Below the pieces are notes generated by a model. The model ran no database searches and had not been told where the DNA came from. It was given only the letters and a program-made list of their open reading frames with translations. Shown one piece after another: positions 26,454 to 42,899 of a stretch of 64,000 bases of DNA (the stretch's first letter is position 1; the number at the start of each line of letters is the position of its first letter). A program made the position numbers and the translations under genes. The stretch comes from Eledone cirrhosa (Eukaryota): positions 275,404,001 through 275,468,000 of the forward strand of contig OZ024742.1 in assembly GCA_964016885.1 (NCBI GenBank), written 5' to 3'.

Positions 26454-27637
26454 TAACAACAACTTCAGCAACAATTATATTGTTCAATATACATCCATCA
26501 ACTTGACAGCTATGTGGTCTTTTACATATAATAATACAGCCGACGTATTTCAAAGAGGTCGCGAATCGGCCAGCAGAGTTATGATCATAATAAAGTTATA
26601 ATAAAGTTAGTGTGGTAGACTAAAGGAATGTGTGAATAGCTAGTAGATTCTGATCTGTTAGGATTATAATAATAATTATAATAAGAGAAAGTTTTAAATT
26701 GTTTGTGTCTGCAATTAAATAGTCTTTATTAGTTTTTTGCCAGTTACTATATGGTAAACCTCGAGAGTAAAGATATGACATATACTTGTATCAGGTTCAT
26801 ACTTACTGGCAAATTCTAGCATAGACCATGAAATTTCGTGCTTTTTATATAGTGTTTGATCTGTTAGTATATATCGATGTTGTATTTTTGTATTTGTAGC
26901 AATGGTGTCACAATCCTTTACTTTTTTGTGTTCGCTCTTGGTGGAAATATATCAGTTCTTCATCCAATGAGTGCTTCAAGACTGCCTCATGAAATTCGAT
27001 TACCATCTGCTGTAGTGCAGCTACAACTTCGGTTATACTCATTTTTTTTTCTCCTAATTAATTTTTTAATTGATTGTTTGTAAACCTGGTTGAGGGCTCA
27101 TTCAAGGCTGTAAAAAAAAAATCCTTTGGTCCCACTTTGAATGTACCCGCCTAAACTTCGGCCAACTGATCTTCCTCTTTTTTAGAAAGGTCACGTGACC
27201 CTACTGCCAAGTTTACTGCTACGGTATACCTACAAAGTGCTGTCAAGAAACACGAATGAATCGGACACATAGAACGTGAAACCTGTTGAAGAAGGGATAT
27301 CCGCGTTCCATCAAAAGATTCACCACTGACTTGCATATACATTATGCAACTTGGAATGTAGACCTATCGAAGATTTTTGTCGATATTTATCGATTCATGT
27401 CCACACGAGATTGTCCAGGTCACTTTCCGACCTGTTTGTATATGCTGATATTGTATTAATGTAGCAACACGCTTTGGGTCCCTTTATTCTTGGTGTTTCA
27501 ATTCTTTAACGTTTTGTGTTAGCTCAGGGTGGAAATATATCAATTCATCACTCATTTGGTGCTTCGTGGCTGCCTCTTATAAGTCGATGAACTTCTGCTG
27601 TACTGCAATTGCAACTTCGGATTTAGTCATTATTAAC

Positions 27638-27708
<71 letters not shown>

Positions 27709-27906
27709 GGAAAAGAATGAAATGAAATTTCATTTCTCACTCTTAGTACGGCTGATACTTATATATAAGTATGTATACGTACATACATATATGTATACAG
27801 ACGTACAGTAGTATGTATATATATACATACATGCACACATATATATATGTATGTCTGGGTTTACCGAACATTTATTATAATGTTCAGTTTGTTTTGTTCA
27901 ACACTG

Positions 27907-28973
<1,067 letters not shown>

Positions 28974-29347
28974 GTGTGTGTTAAATATTTATTTGCATAC
29001 ATAGTAGGTTTTTTTTATATTTACTGCAATGGAAGTATTGGGAATATTTGTTGGGCAGGTGGAAAGAATCTCACATTTTGTGTAAATGATTATTAGTTAA
29101 TATTTTACAATATAGAGTCATTTAGTAAGAAGCAAGTTACATTTTTGCTTCCAGGTTGATAAGAATGTGTGACTTTCAATATCTTCCAATTAATGGAGTA
29201 CTCAGTATTGGCCTCTTTGGGATATTATATATGTCGAGCTAAAGAGTTTGAGCTATTTATTTTTTTCTTTTCTATCTGAAGTAATATATTACCTAGATTT
29301 ATATCAATTTGAAGTGGCCCCTATATATATTGCTATTATTATTTGTG

Positions 29348-29800
29348 GGTGCGGTAGGGCGGTGGATTAGCAGTATCGGTAGAGGGTCGGATGCCATGCT
29401 TTGACGCATAGAATTACAGCCCTTGCCATTCTGGGTTCAAATCCCGCCTAGGTTAACTTTGCCTTTCATCCTTACGGGATCGATAAAATAAAGTACCAGT
29501 AATGCACTGGGTATTTGCTGGCCTTGTGCGAAAAGTAGAAACAATTATTTGTGGGTGCGGTGGATTGGCAGTATCGGTAGAGAATCGGACGCCATACTTT
29601 GCAGCATGGAGTTACGGCCCTTTATGATCTGAGTTCAATTCCCGCCGAAGTTAACTTTGCCTTTCATCCTTACGTGGTCGATAAAATAAAGTACCAGTCA
29701 TGTACTGGCCGATTTAATCGACTTTCCCCTCTCCCAAAATTGCTGGTCTTGTGCCTATATAAGAAACCATTATTATTTGTGGGTGCAGTGCATTGGTAAA
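29348..29800 (+). mobile_element. Head-to-tail array of Nin-domain SINEs
   Basis: Two full units plus a third head, each starting TTATTTGTGGGTGC. Confidence 0.88.
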
Positions 29801-29899
29801 CTATATTATCAGTAAGACATTTATCGTTAAGAGGGCAAGAATCAGGGTTTCTGCACTTACATTTATATTATTAGATATTATGTCATTATTTGAATTTGA

Positions 29900-31194
29900 A
29901 CGCTGGTGATTGAATGATGTGGAAGAGTTTCGGGTATTGCAATTAAGGCCTCCTCTTATTTCTAGATTATTTGTTTTAGTTCTATTAGTTGATGCATTAT
30001 TATTATTATTTTATTATTATGGCTGGTTAATGAATACTTAGCTCTATCTGGGGCAATAAAATGCGATATTTTTTCAGTATTCTTATTAAGCTTTGAACAG
30101 TAGCGGCGGTTTGGAGGGAAGGTTTTCTTTAAGTTATTAAAAGATTGTTTGGGTATATTAGATGCTATTTTCTTTCTAAATGGAGGGTTGAACATCGTAG
30201 TGGATTTCCTGCGATTTGCTGTATGAGTCCTTCGTGGTATATTATCTCTTTCGTGTTTCAGCTCGTTATCTTTAGTCTTTCTCCTATTTTATTTTTATTT
30301 TTACGGTCGTAGTTAGGTGTACTTTGGATGTGAGTGTTCTGTAGACTATTACTGTGATTGTTTATTTTAGTACTGTATTTATGCGTTTTACGGCTACTAT
30401 TATTGTATTCCAGTCTTTACAGCTTGAACTATTATAATTTTCAGTGTTTTATGTGTGCTCTTTTGCTTTCATATTCATTGGATGAGTGTTTATCACTACG
30501 TCTATTAATTATTTTATCATTTGTATATATTAGTAAAGTTTATGTATGTTTTATTATTACTATTGAAATGGGGTTCTTGTCTAATCCTATTATATTGGAC
30601 CATATAGGTTTTGCTGCTCCCGTAAGGGTTTGCTGTATACATACTAACATTTTATCCTGATCTACTTAGTTCTTCATTATAAATATCATTGTTAGATTAC
30701 AGTTTAAAGATACGGTTGGTAACGTTATTAACTAGTGCTTTCAGTATAGATCTGGAATGGTTGGATTGATGATTGACATAGAACAAGTGTTCGCCTGGTT
30801 TCTGGAAATGTTTCTATAGATTGAACTCTACACTTAAGTTTTCATGTTAACGACTTTATTATTCGTGTCTATAGTTATTGTTAAAGTTATATTCCCTAAG
30901 GAATTCATGTAAAGGATTTTATTTTTTCTTATCTCTAAGTTTCTATTATTTCTCTTAGTGGTGAAGAAGGCATCACCACGATATATGCCCTCTTCAAAAG
31001 CTGGAAAAATGACTTTAAGCTTAGTCAGTAAGAAAACTATTACTAAGTCAGTGACTTGTGCTGAATCACTTGAACCCATAGTTATGTCAAAGTTATCAGG
31101 GCATTTTGTTCGAGTTTGATGACAGCTTTTGAGCCCGAAGAAAATGCCATAACTTTGACGTAACTATGGGTTCAAGTGATTCAGCACAAGTAAC
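29900..31194 (-). mobile_element. Naiad-type PLE RT fragment with a 5' snap-back inversion
   Basis: TMGSSDSAQV, GIYRGD (decayed YRDD), FNPPF..KTFPPN..NKNTEKIS; 31051-31116 inverts 31131-31194. Confidence 0.78.
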
Positions 31195-31804
31195 TATTAT
31201 GTCAATATCGATTCTTGTCAAATTGCTTGTGCGCTTTTTGCCATAATTAAGGCCCTGTATAAGAGATTAAGAGATATAGATGAGTAATAAATATTGGGAG
31301 TGGGGGTGGGGTCGAAACACAACCATTTTTAAGGAACCTTAATTCCACTGTATACATAGTTTCAAATATTATTTTAAATGATATATATGAAAATTAGGGT
31401 TATATAACCCCCCCCCCCCCGGTACACCTCTCATACACGCCCAAAATTAAATACCCTAATGTTCTATACTAATCATATAATCTCTAACACATATATACTA
31501 AATTGTTTATGAAAATGAAATATTTGATCATATTTCACTGTAGAAACCTTGTTTAAAACATCTGAAGAGTAAAGATAGCAAAAGCATTGAGATATAAGAC
31601 AATTGGTAAGTAGGTACCCCTCCAACATGTTAAAATTACAACTTTTTAATATGTTTTAAATGAATTTGTGTTTAGAAAATGTATACATTTGTTAAATGAT
31701 TGTCTTTTGGTTATCAGATTGTTTCAGAGCTAAATTTTATTATACTTTTACAAAAATACCTACATAAATTTAAACTATAATTATTTAAGTATATAAAATC
31801 ATAT

Positions 31805-33320
31805 AATGGCAAGTAGAAGTAAAAGCCGTACTTCAGCATTTGGATTTCCTGCAGAATTTCCTACAGCAATGACACCACTAAAGCTGATGTATTCCGACAT
31901 TATTTATACATATGAAAACGTGAAGAACATATAACAAAAACTTCACTCACAGCGAAAGAATGCTACAGGATTGTTGCTGCAGATGTGCAAACAATATAGG
32001 ACAAATTTTCTTTTCCTTATATTGGGTTTGAGGGAATAGCTCTAAAAATTGAGAGATTGATTGAATCAGCTTAGAATGAAATACCTAACAAGCAAAGAGG
32101 AAATAGTTTTGATAAGAAATTAGTTGAATTCAATGAAATGTTTGATATATGCGTCTGCATGCGCTATGGTAAACAAATAAAAAGGTCTGACTGTAGGTGT
32201 GACATAATACCAATAATGGAATGGGAATCATTTGTTGGACAGAAAAAAAGATTTAATCAGTTAGGGCCTGTAGATAAGGAAATAATTTCAGGTAGAAAAA
32301 GAACAGCAGAAAGAGCACAAGGATTTGAAAACAGGACAAAATGCGCTTAGACATGGACGTTCCTCCAACTAGTTATCAGTGGCCAAGCGATATTAAAGAA
32401 GAAAGCTGTGACTCATGTGACAATGATGACGATGACATCGACTTTGTTCCTGACAATGAACTAAGAGAGAACCAACAAAAACAGAGTTACTTATGAGAAT
32501 CTAGCAGTCACATCAGACAGATATCGGGTAAGTTGCAGAGCTGCTGCTGCCATTGTTAATGCAGCTTTGAAAGATATGGGAATTTTAAATGATACAAATA
32601 TGCTAGACGAGAAAAAAGTTGAAAGAAAAAGAGTTGGAAAAAACAATATTATAAAAATGAAAATACTAAGCTCGACTGCATCGCTTTTGATGGCAGAAAG
32701 GACAAAACTAAAACAGCAAGAGGGAAGGAAAGACAAGAGTACTGTATTATTTTGAACGAGGCGGTGATGAGTATTTAGATCACGTTTCCTCAGATAATGG
32801 GACAGCTCATTGTATTGCAGAAGAAATTATTACCTTTTTAATTGATTCTGACAGTCAAGAAAGTTTAAAGAATGTATTATGTGATGGCGCTCCAGTAAAC
32901 ACTAGTCATTTAGGGAGGGTAATTAAAATAATTGAATTATACTTAAATAAACCACTTCAGTGTCTGATATGCCTGCTACATACAAATGAGCTTCTGTTTC
33001 GGGGCGTATTTGAATCCATAGATGGAAAAACAACAGCACCACGAATATCAAAAGGCTTAATTGGAAATGAAATTAAAGATGTAACAAATTTAAAGATAAT
33101 CAAATGTTCTCCAGTAAAAACTAAAGTGAAGGAATTGCCATTAGAAGTTGTTGATACTTTAAGCTCAGATCACAAATATCTATATGAAATGTGCCTCAGT
33201 ACTGAGACAGCGTTTGTTTCTGAGCAGTTAACAGCAAGATCACCTGGTAAAATCCATCATGCAAGGTGGTTAACACGTGCAAACAGAATTCTTCGCTTAT
33301 ATCTTTCTGGAAAAACTTTA
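31805..33320 (+). pseudogene. hATm-type DDE transposase, decayed and 3'-truncated
   Basis: DRYRVSCRAAAAIVNAAL, FDGRKDKT, DGAPVNT, ICLLHTNELLF, LSSDHKYLY, SPGKIHHARWLTRANRILRLY. Confidence 0.85.
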
Positions 33321-33598
33321 CATGGGGCTCTTTTTTAGAAAGGGGGTGGGTGATCAATTCCCCGACCAGTGGCGGGTTTCTCCATGAGATTGTCTGAAAA
33401 TAATCTTTTAGTGATGTTCCCTCGGTAGTCTCCAATTGATGTTGGTAACATTTTTTTTAATGTTATGTAAATTTGGGGGTTGATTTTGATTATGTTTTAT
33501 GTGTGTGGGGTGTGCAATTTGGGTGGTCTGTAAGTAGTTTGTTTCTGTGATGTTGGTGTAATGTTGAATTTAATTTAAAAGCCTTGTGATCTCTGTGT

Positions 33599-34800
33599 CT
33601 ATGGGTGTGTATTGTGTCTGATATTGGGGTGTTGATGCTTTCTCTGTTGTGTTGTTGATGACGATGGAATAGATACTAATGGTGGTGGTGGTGGTTTTTG
33701 TGGTGATGGTGGTTGCGGGGGTGTGGCTGTTGATGGTGGGGTCGTTTTCATTTTCTTTTTTGATTTCTTTCTTCGATTTCTTTTTTTTTGGAGGGCGAAG
33801 GTAGGGAGTTCTTCCTTTTTTATCTGCTCGGATGGTTTTCCATCCTTCGGCCTCATCGCACTTATTGTCCGATTTAGCAATATTGGTCTTGTTGGTGGTG
33901 GAGGAGATGGTGTTTTTGTTGTGATGCTGCTAACTTTTCTTCTGCCACTGTGGTCTTGGTTGGCTTGTCTACTCCAGTCGCTTGCCTGTCTTGGTGAGTT
34001 TGATGCAGAAGGCCTTAAAACGCGTCTTGTCACCGCACCCATGATACCTTGGGCGCCTACCTTCGACAGTCACGGGTAGATAACTGCCGTCGTCCAGGTC
34101 TATCACATCGGGGATGGCCTCTATGCTCTCGTAGACTGCTTGGATGATTAGCTCCATCCCCGACTCTGTCAAGTTCTCCTGTTTTATCCGCATGACGTCG
34201 AGGATAGTTGTTGAATCTTCGATGTCAGCGAGGACAGCTGCCATCAGCCACGTGATCTCCACTGAGGGTGGAACCTGGGTCAATCGGGACCTCACGACTC
34301 TCTGGCCCCAGTATGTGGGCATCATCATGATTTCGTTACTGCGGAGTGGCGCAATGGAGTATGCTGTGGCTTCTTCGGGTGCACCGAAGAGCCCATCCAC
34401 AGTGCCATACCTCGATCCTCGGGCTATGCATGTTTTCTGTGCCCAGACGGCACCCATAGTCCTTTGGACCTGCGACTCCGTTGCCCTTTCGACACGGCGC
34501 GATTTTAATCCAATTGTGCGGTAACTGACCGAAAACAAAATCTTGTTTTTCATTATATTAGCTGGGCGGGTGAGACTTACCCTGTGTCCGGTCTTTTTTT
34601 CCAAGATCTTGGCTTGCTTTATCTCTCCGTGTTGCTGGCGTGTACACGTTCGACTTTTTTGCAGCTTTTGCGAATGACGCCGCTTCTGTTTGCTGTGTTG
34701 GTTCATCGTTACTCTTGCTTTTGTTGATGCTGTTGTTCTTGTTGGTGGTGGTGCTGGTGGTGATGGTCTTGTTAGTTTTTTCTTGTGTTGCTGCTGTTAC
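33599..34800 (-). pseudogene. LINE ORF1-like (L1/Tx1-type gag) with decayed zinc knuckle
   Basis: ORF 33969-34706 ends VTVEGRRPRYHGCGDKTRFKAFC, followed by a low-complexity basic/Pro tail; paralogue at 53350-53800. Confidence 0.65.
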
Positions 34801-34928
34801 AGTTGTTTTTCTTTGGGTTCTTTGTGGCTGTTACGGCTTTTGTTATTAAGCTGGCGGTGACCCTGGTGTTTGTTAATTTTTCTAACAAAAGAAAACTTTC
34901 GATGTAATTTGACGCTGTGCTGCTGCTG

Positions 34929-35976
<1,048 letters not shown>

Positions 35977-35981
35977 ATTGT

Positions 35982-36580
35982 TTGACGGAGATGGACAGAG
36001 GTCGCTCAGATTTAAGGAAGGTAGAGAAGTTTAAGTACCTCTGGGCAGTGTTCAAGAGTGATGGAAGGCAGGAGGCTGAAATAAGAGCAAGAATTGCAAA
36101 TGTTGGTGCAGTAATACCCGAGCTTCAGCATTCAGTAAACAGAAGGAAGGTTTGTGTAAAGGCCAAACTCATCATCTTCAATTCAGTTTTCGTGCCAACG
36201 CTTAACTATGGTCATGAATCTTGGGTAATGACTGAAGGATTCGATCGCCAATACAAGCGACTGAAATGTGATTCATCTGAAGGGTCTTTGGAGTAACGTT
36301 ACACGATAGAGTGTGTAGCTCGGAGATCAGAGTGTCACTCAAGCTAGAGTCGCCACTCCTCCAATTTGAGAGATCACAGGTCCGATACTATGGTCATGTG
36401 GTTAGAATGTCTCAGGAAATAATCGCTGGACCGATTGAACATGCAAAACCAACCGGCAAGAGAACCAGGAGTAGAACCCGGGCAAGATGGCTGAGTAACA
36501 TCCATGAGCTTGACTGGTCATGTTTGGGGATCCAGCCGGATCAGTTAGAGAGGGTTGCTTCTGACTGCTAGCGGTTCTTC
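35982..36580 (+). mobile_element. RTE LINE 3' fragment
   Basis: VEKFKYL..EAEIRARIA, PTLNYGHESW, QVRYYGHVVRM, GKRTRSRTRARW. Confidence 0.85.
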
Positions 36581-37529
36581 TACAAGTAAATAATTTATAA
36601 TAATGAGAATTCCTCAAAGTTTCATGGCAGGATATAAATCACACTTTCGTTTTGACCCGTACTGTTATCTATGGCCCTCAGAACGTGTGCTTTGAACTCA
36701 GAACGTAAAGATAAAATAAAGATGTTTGTTCGGGGTTCTACCGCTTCTGGTAATGCACCGCTTTTCTTTAAAAATGTATCTATAGTTACGTAGATATGTT
36801 GCTGTTTTTATTGATGTTGTTTACTGTTATTATCGCTGTTGTTGATGATGTTATCCTTGTTGGAGATATTGTTTGTTGCAATTTTTGTGCCTTGGCCAAA
36901 TTTTTAAAGTATCGGTCAAAATGACTTGCAGTATCTGCCTTCACTGTTTACGTTTTGATTTCATACCCCCACCCCCGAGCTCAGCTATACATTGAATTAA
37001 ACCAGTCAGGTGCTCCGGTCGATTAATCAACCAATCCCTTTCTTCTAACCGGTGGCCGTATGCTGAAATTAGAAACCAATATTGTTACCGGCGTTCTTTT
37101 TATTGTTGCTGATATTGGTGTTGTCGTTGTTGTTTATTCCCAGATCAGCTCCAACTGAACAGATCTATAATGAAAGGTTTTACTACCACGGCCACCCCAT
37201 CGTTTAATATATCTATGATTAAATTGTCCTATTTTTCTGTCCTTTTCTTAAATAAGGGAGATTGTGAATCCATGGAAAATTTGACTGCTTATTATAGCAT
37301 GTTGAATAAGGAAGAAGACGTATTCTCATTTGCTCGCAAAGATATTAATGTTTTGTTCCTGTGATGTAACTATAACTTCTACAGTGTTCTGGAACTCCTA
37401 GCTATACCTATGGGTTTACACCACAACGCAACTGTGAAACAGCGACGAAGTCACTGCACGGTCACTTGACATGTTCAAATCTTCGTTTTTCACACTTAAA
37501 TCAATGAAGCATAATTAGATAATGAAGTT

Positions 37530-37658
37530 ACGTCCCTTTACGATCTGAGTTCAAATCCCGCCGAGGTTGACTTTGCCTTTCATCCTTACAGGGTCGATAA
37601 AATAAAGTACCAGTAATACACTGGGTAATTGCTGGCCTTGTGCCTAAAAGTAGAAACA
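37530..37658 (+). mobile_element. 5'-truncated Nin-domain SINE with 19-bp TSD
   Basis: ATAATTAGATAATGAAGTT at 37511-37529 and 37659-37677. Confidence 0.9.
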
Positions 37659-39465
37659 ATAATTAGATAATGAAGTTTTAGATATAACATATGTTTCAAA
37701 TGAGTATGGAAACTGTTTCTCAGATAAAGTTATATCTGTATAAGAATACAGGTATTAGCGAGATTGCCTAAACCTATTTATACATTTACACATTTTTATT
37801 TTATAGACATGCAAACATCGCAACACAATGTATTGTTCTGTAAAATTGTAAAAATTATAAATTCCTTGAATTGAGTTCGCATCAGAATGTACGTACATGA
37901 TATAAACAAAACAAGGAAATATATAATCGGGAGGCTTTTATACCCATTCACTGAAATGGGTGTAGTAATTTGTATATTATTAACGTTTATGATGGTAGTT
38001 ATTTGATATGTATTAAGTCGTAGTAAGCAGCTGAAGTATACGGTATATATATACAGTAGAGTGAGACTGAGACTGCGTCAATGTGTATATAAATTTACAC
38101 ATAATTTTTCAAATTACAGGGAAATACTTATATTTGGAATTTTTAATTATCTACATATTAAAAATGTGTAAATTCATATACCCATTCCCGCAGTTTAGCA
38201 TACCTCTATACTGTATATATACAGACATAATGTTACCGTATGTTTCAGTCTCAGTGCACAACTTCTTATTTAGATTTTCTCAGAATTCAGCAATTCAGAT
38301 ACCACGTTAGGAATTCAATATCTCTTTTTACTGATTAATTCTAACAGCAAGGCAATGCAATAAATTTCTGGCAGGATCAATTGCATCAAACTCGGTAACT
38401 AATTTTTTGTTTTGTCGCATCCGATCTCACCTAATCAAGCAATCGTCCCCCGAATTGTTGTTAAACTACTGTATTTTTTACCGTTTAATAAGGAACGAAA
38501 GTGTGATGTTTATGATCCTTCCAGAACCTTCGACACTGGTAGGAGTGGAAGACGAAAGAATTTATCTACAAAGCAGTCATCAGGTGCGAATATTTACAGC
38601 GAAATGGACTCCGCTAAACCGGAATTATGTTAGTGTGAGCCTACTATCCATGTAGGCCACGGTGGTAATGGAACTAATAACGCAAAGAGATGTAATTAAT
38701 ACAACTGGCACTGCAACCAATCTACAACTTTTGATTTGCATTTTATTTCATCGACACTGAAAATATAGAAGGCAAAAATGCCCTCAGCGAAATTTGAATT
38801 CAGGGTGTAAAGAACTGTAACAAATACCGTAAAGCATTTTGCTCTATGCTGCGACTTTGAAGATGTACAGCCTTATGATCCGGCGGGAATAGAACTCAAA
38901 ATGTAAAGAGAAAAAATGCTTACTACCACAAGGCAATTAGCCTTATATTCAAGTATGTTTACCAACACTCCCGCATTCTCTTTATTTATAATTTATTGTT
39001 TTTTTCTTTTTTTAACTGACCAATTATATTCACACATAAGTCACAGCAGGACTGGCTTTATAATTGTATGCCAAGAACAACTATATACAACAAAGAAACT
39101 AAACACTATTGGAATAATTGGCAGACAGAAAAAAAAAAATAATAATGTAAATAGATTGGCAAAAAGAAAAATAAAGAATCTAACAATTCTTTATTAATTC
39201 GATTTAAAATCAATAGAATTGGCGGTATTTGGCGATCAAAAATTTTTTGTCCGGCTTTGAAGTGTAACTAAATTGAGTTATGGTGAGTCAGACGTTGAAA
39301 TATAGCAGCAATAATGATGGTAACATCTTATCTCCATTAATATACCATAGAGAACCTCTTTAAAATACAGACACATACATATATACATACACATACATAT
39401 ATACATATACACACACATAGATTCATACATACATACATACATACATACATACATACATACATACA

Positions 39466-39497
<32 letters not shown>

Positions 39498-39912
39498 CAC
39501 ATATATACATACGTGCAACACACATACATACAAAAATAAATACATATAAAGATAAAATCACACACTCGTATTTGTATGTGTATGTGTCTGTATATGTAAG
39601 TAATTGTACGTACATCTATAAGTATGTATGTTGGTGAACTTATATATATATACAAAGAGAAAGTGAGAGATACTGACATGAGAAAGAATTTTATATGCAT
39701 ATTTTATGAGTGTGAGTGTGTGTATGCACTATTATAAATGAGATAGGACATAATTTAATACTTGACAATATATAAGCTTACATCCATAGATACATACACA
39801 GCCAGATATGTCCTTGTTAACGTATGTCTATATATGTATATACATGACATGTATATATATACACACTCACACGCACGCGCGCGCACACAGACACACGCAC
39901 AATCACACACAC

Positions 39913-39949
<37 letters not shown>

Positions 39950-40112
39950 TTATTTGGTATATATGTGTGTCAGTGTGTGGTGTGTCCCTGGTACATGTGT
40001 GTCCTGTGTGTGCGTTTCTGCCTGTGGGCGTGCGTGTGTGTGTATGTGGGAGTATATAAATATAATTCACATATATATATATATATGTGTGTATGTGTGT
40101 GTGTATAAGCAA

Positions 40113-40235
40113 AAGAAGACGAAAATGCAACTGGAGTCTTTGTAAGAATAGAAAGACTCCAGTTGCATTTTCGACTTCTTTTCCTTTTATTTTCACTCGT
40201 GTAGGATATCTCCGTTTTTTTTCCTTTACAAAAAA

Positions 40236-40238
<3 letters not shown>
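40113..40238 (+). mobile_element. Mini fold-back element (68-bp hairpin plus tail), related to 24961-25100
   Basis: CGAAAATGCAACTGGAGTCTTT-GTAAGAATAG-AAAGACTCCAGTTGCATTTTCG, then tail and (TA)n. Confidence 0.7.
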
Positions 40239-40271
<33 letters not shown>

Positions 40272-40275
<4 letters not shown>

Positions 40276-40767
40276 AATTTTAACCCTTCTGTTGAGAATT
40301 CTATTCGATTTGTGATGTTTTTGCATTTTTGCCAAAAATATACACAACTGAATTTATTCGTCTGATATAGGGGCTGCCTCCCTTGCCGATCCCCACGTGG
40401 GGTCAGCAATAGTCAGTCCTTGTATTAACATTGAACTAAAACCTGTTGAGAAAGTGGCTTCCTTGTTCAATCATCTTACCAGAAGCCTGACATTATTTAT
40501 GTAAGCGGACGGTACTTGATTTAAAGCCGCAGAAACCCAAATACTGGATTTTACCAACCTTCCAGGGATCCGGGTAAATTTTCAATACCCGAATTACTTG
40601 ATCGTTTTTTTGGCTATGCGAATGATTGTTTAACCATCGTCTCAGTGTGTTTGGCGTTTAACGTTTGTTATAGCTCTGGTTCATCTGAACCATTGAGCAC
40701 TTGCCTCACATCTCGGAGGTTGTTTTTCGTTATTTCGTGGGCCGAAATGCGAATCTCGATAATTGAT

Positions 40768-40771
<4 letters not shown>
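40272..40771 (+). mobile_element. Copy of the 582-bp-unit element, truncated at one end, in (TA)n
   Basis: Reverse complement of ~27956-28458. Confidence 0.85.
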
Positions 40772-40827
<56 letters not shown>

Positions 40828-41071
40828 ACAATAAAAGGGAAAGCAATCAGCACACAGAGAGTTTCCCTATGCGAGTGGCGACATTGGACATCTTTCAAAT
40901 CCCCCCAAATCGCTCTTTTATTGTGGCTTCAACATTTTAATATCAAAATTATTGGGATAACAATAAAGGAGGCGACTCGATTTGCCTGAAAGTAAAAAGA
41001 AGTATTGAACCATACACACAGACACATGAAGTAACTGCAAGTAACCATTGTTTTTCCATTTATTCTCTTTT

Positions 41072-41134
<63 letters not shown>

Positions 41135-41539
41135 CTAACTCTTGAATTTTGTCGTTATTATTCTTGCTGATAGGCTAATATTATGTAAATGTATACATAT
41201 ACATGTATATGCTTGTGTATTTGTGTGTAAATATGCATACATATATATGTATATATGAATGTATGTATGTAGTGTGTGTATATATATAATTATAGTCACG
41301 CACATATATATTAAATATACACACAGATATACAGACTTACACAGATTTATAAGTGTCATACATACATTCATACATATATACATACATTTATAAATATATT
41401 TACAAATGTACATTTATACATGCTCACACATACACACATACACACACTCACCAACACTCACTGTTGGTTATTAGATATTCTTTACTATCCATCTTCGAGT
41501 AATTGCTATCAGATTAGACTGTTCTAGTCGCTCTTTTGG

Positions 41540-41588
<49 letters not shown>

Positions 41589-42049
41589 TTCATACGTATA
41601 TTTCTGTTCTGTGTGTTATTTCGCCAAACGTCTCGTTATATCTTCATTTTTCATTCAGTCTGCCATCTTTGTGGTGTATCTTGTTCAAACTATAGCTATA
41701 GTGTGGACAAATAAATTTCTCCTCTGTTATCAAATGGCATGGTTGTGTGGTTAAGAAACTCGTTTCACAGCCACTTGGATGTCGAGTTCAGTGCCCCTGT
41801 GTTATATCTTGAGGAAGTGGTTCCCACGGGAGCTATGTCAACTATATTTTACAAACAAAAGTTATACAATAGTGGAAATATAAAAAAAAACGAATACAAA
41901 ATTAAGTAACGATAAAAGGTTAAAAAGAGCATATCTGGTTGTATAGGAAAAGAAAGGGCTACAAATGGTATAAATGAGGGGGGAAATGGTAAGAGCACGA
42001 CTATTAAGCAACGAAAGAAAAAGAGGAGGGGGAGAGGGGGTGACAGAAG

Positions 42050-42440
42050 TCAAGGCGGTGTTTCAGCTGCGCCCCGCAGACAAAACTGCAAATGCATTTC
42101 CGTGGAGAATGGCCAGCGACGCCCGCTGCAACAGCCACCCCACCTCGCGGGAGTCCTTCCTCTGACGAACTACTGACGTTCCTATTTTAGGGAGGAACTT
42201 GGCTGTATGAGTCCGGGTACACCTGAGGTCTCGACGGTGACCGATGCAAAAAGGAAGTGTCGCAACAAACCCCGGTATTTGCTTGTCTTCCTCTCCTCTA
42301 CATTGCGGACGGCGGTACCGGGGTTGGTGGCTGAAATGATTAAGTTGGAGTCGGAGAACGTGTCATAGCATGTTGCATCCCAGATGAAGGGTTGACCTTC
42401 TTCGAATGGTAAGAGGGTAATTCCGTCTTAATTCCTAGTA
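42050..42440 (-). mobile_element. CRE-clade retrotransposon 3' fragment (RLE)
   Basis: DGITLLPFEEGQPFIWDATCYDT..KTSKYRGL..VETSG..LLQRASLAILHGNA. Confidence 0.8.
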
Positions 42441-42899
42441 CCACAAGAATGTAATAATGTCACAATTTCAATGACGCTTTTATTTTCGAATATGTGGCCT
42501 TGTGCTCATGAAGGATAATACTATTGTTTTTTATGCTGTTGATTTCTTTTGCTTTTGATATTGTTGTCATGCAGTGTGGTGGCAGTGATAGTCCTTACAA
42601 TATCGGACTCTATGCTTTTCAAACTTTTACTTTTTAATTACATGCATCTGTATCCCAACCAACATAAGAGATGAATATCTGTGTTTCTGTTTCATCTGTA
42701 GTTAAGCACGAAAGAAATCAGCCCAATAACAAAGTAGAAAATATTATATATTTTCATTAAATTACAGGGATTACAGTCTGTTGCTGCTCTCTGTTTTGCA
42801 GGATACCGCTAATCAGACATCTGGAAATATTTTTTTTACATGACAAATTATATACAGCAAAGATAATTGATGAGGCTAAAACAATAAGTTAAATAGATA

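Noticed and set aside
29355-29450. tRNA gene
   Set aside because: A and B boxes belong to a SINE head; no complete cloverleaf
38270-38655. Host exon or gene in non-repetitive sequence
   Set aside because: Stops in the extended frame, no recognisable domain and no consistent splice partners
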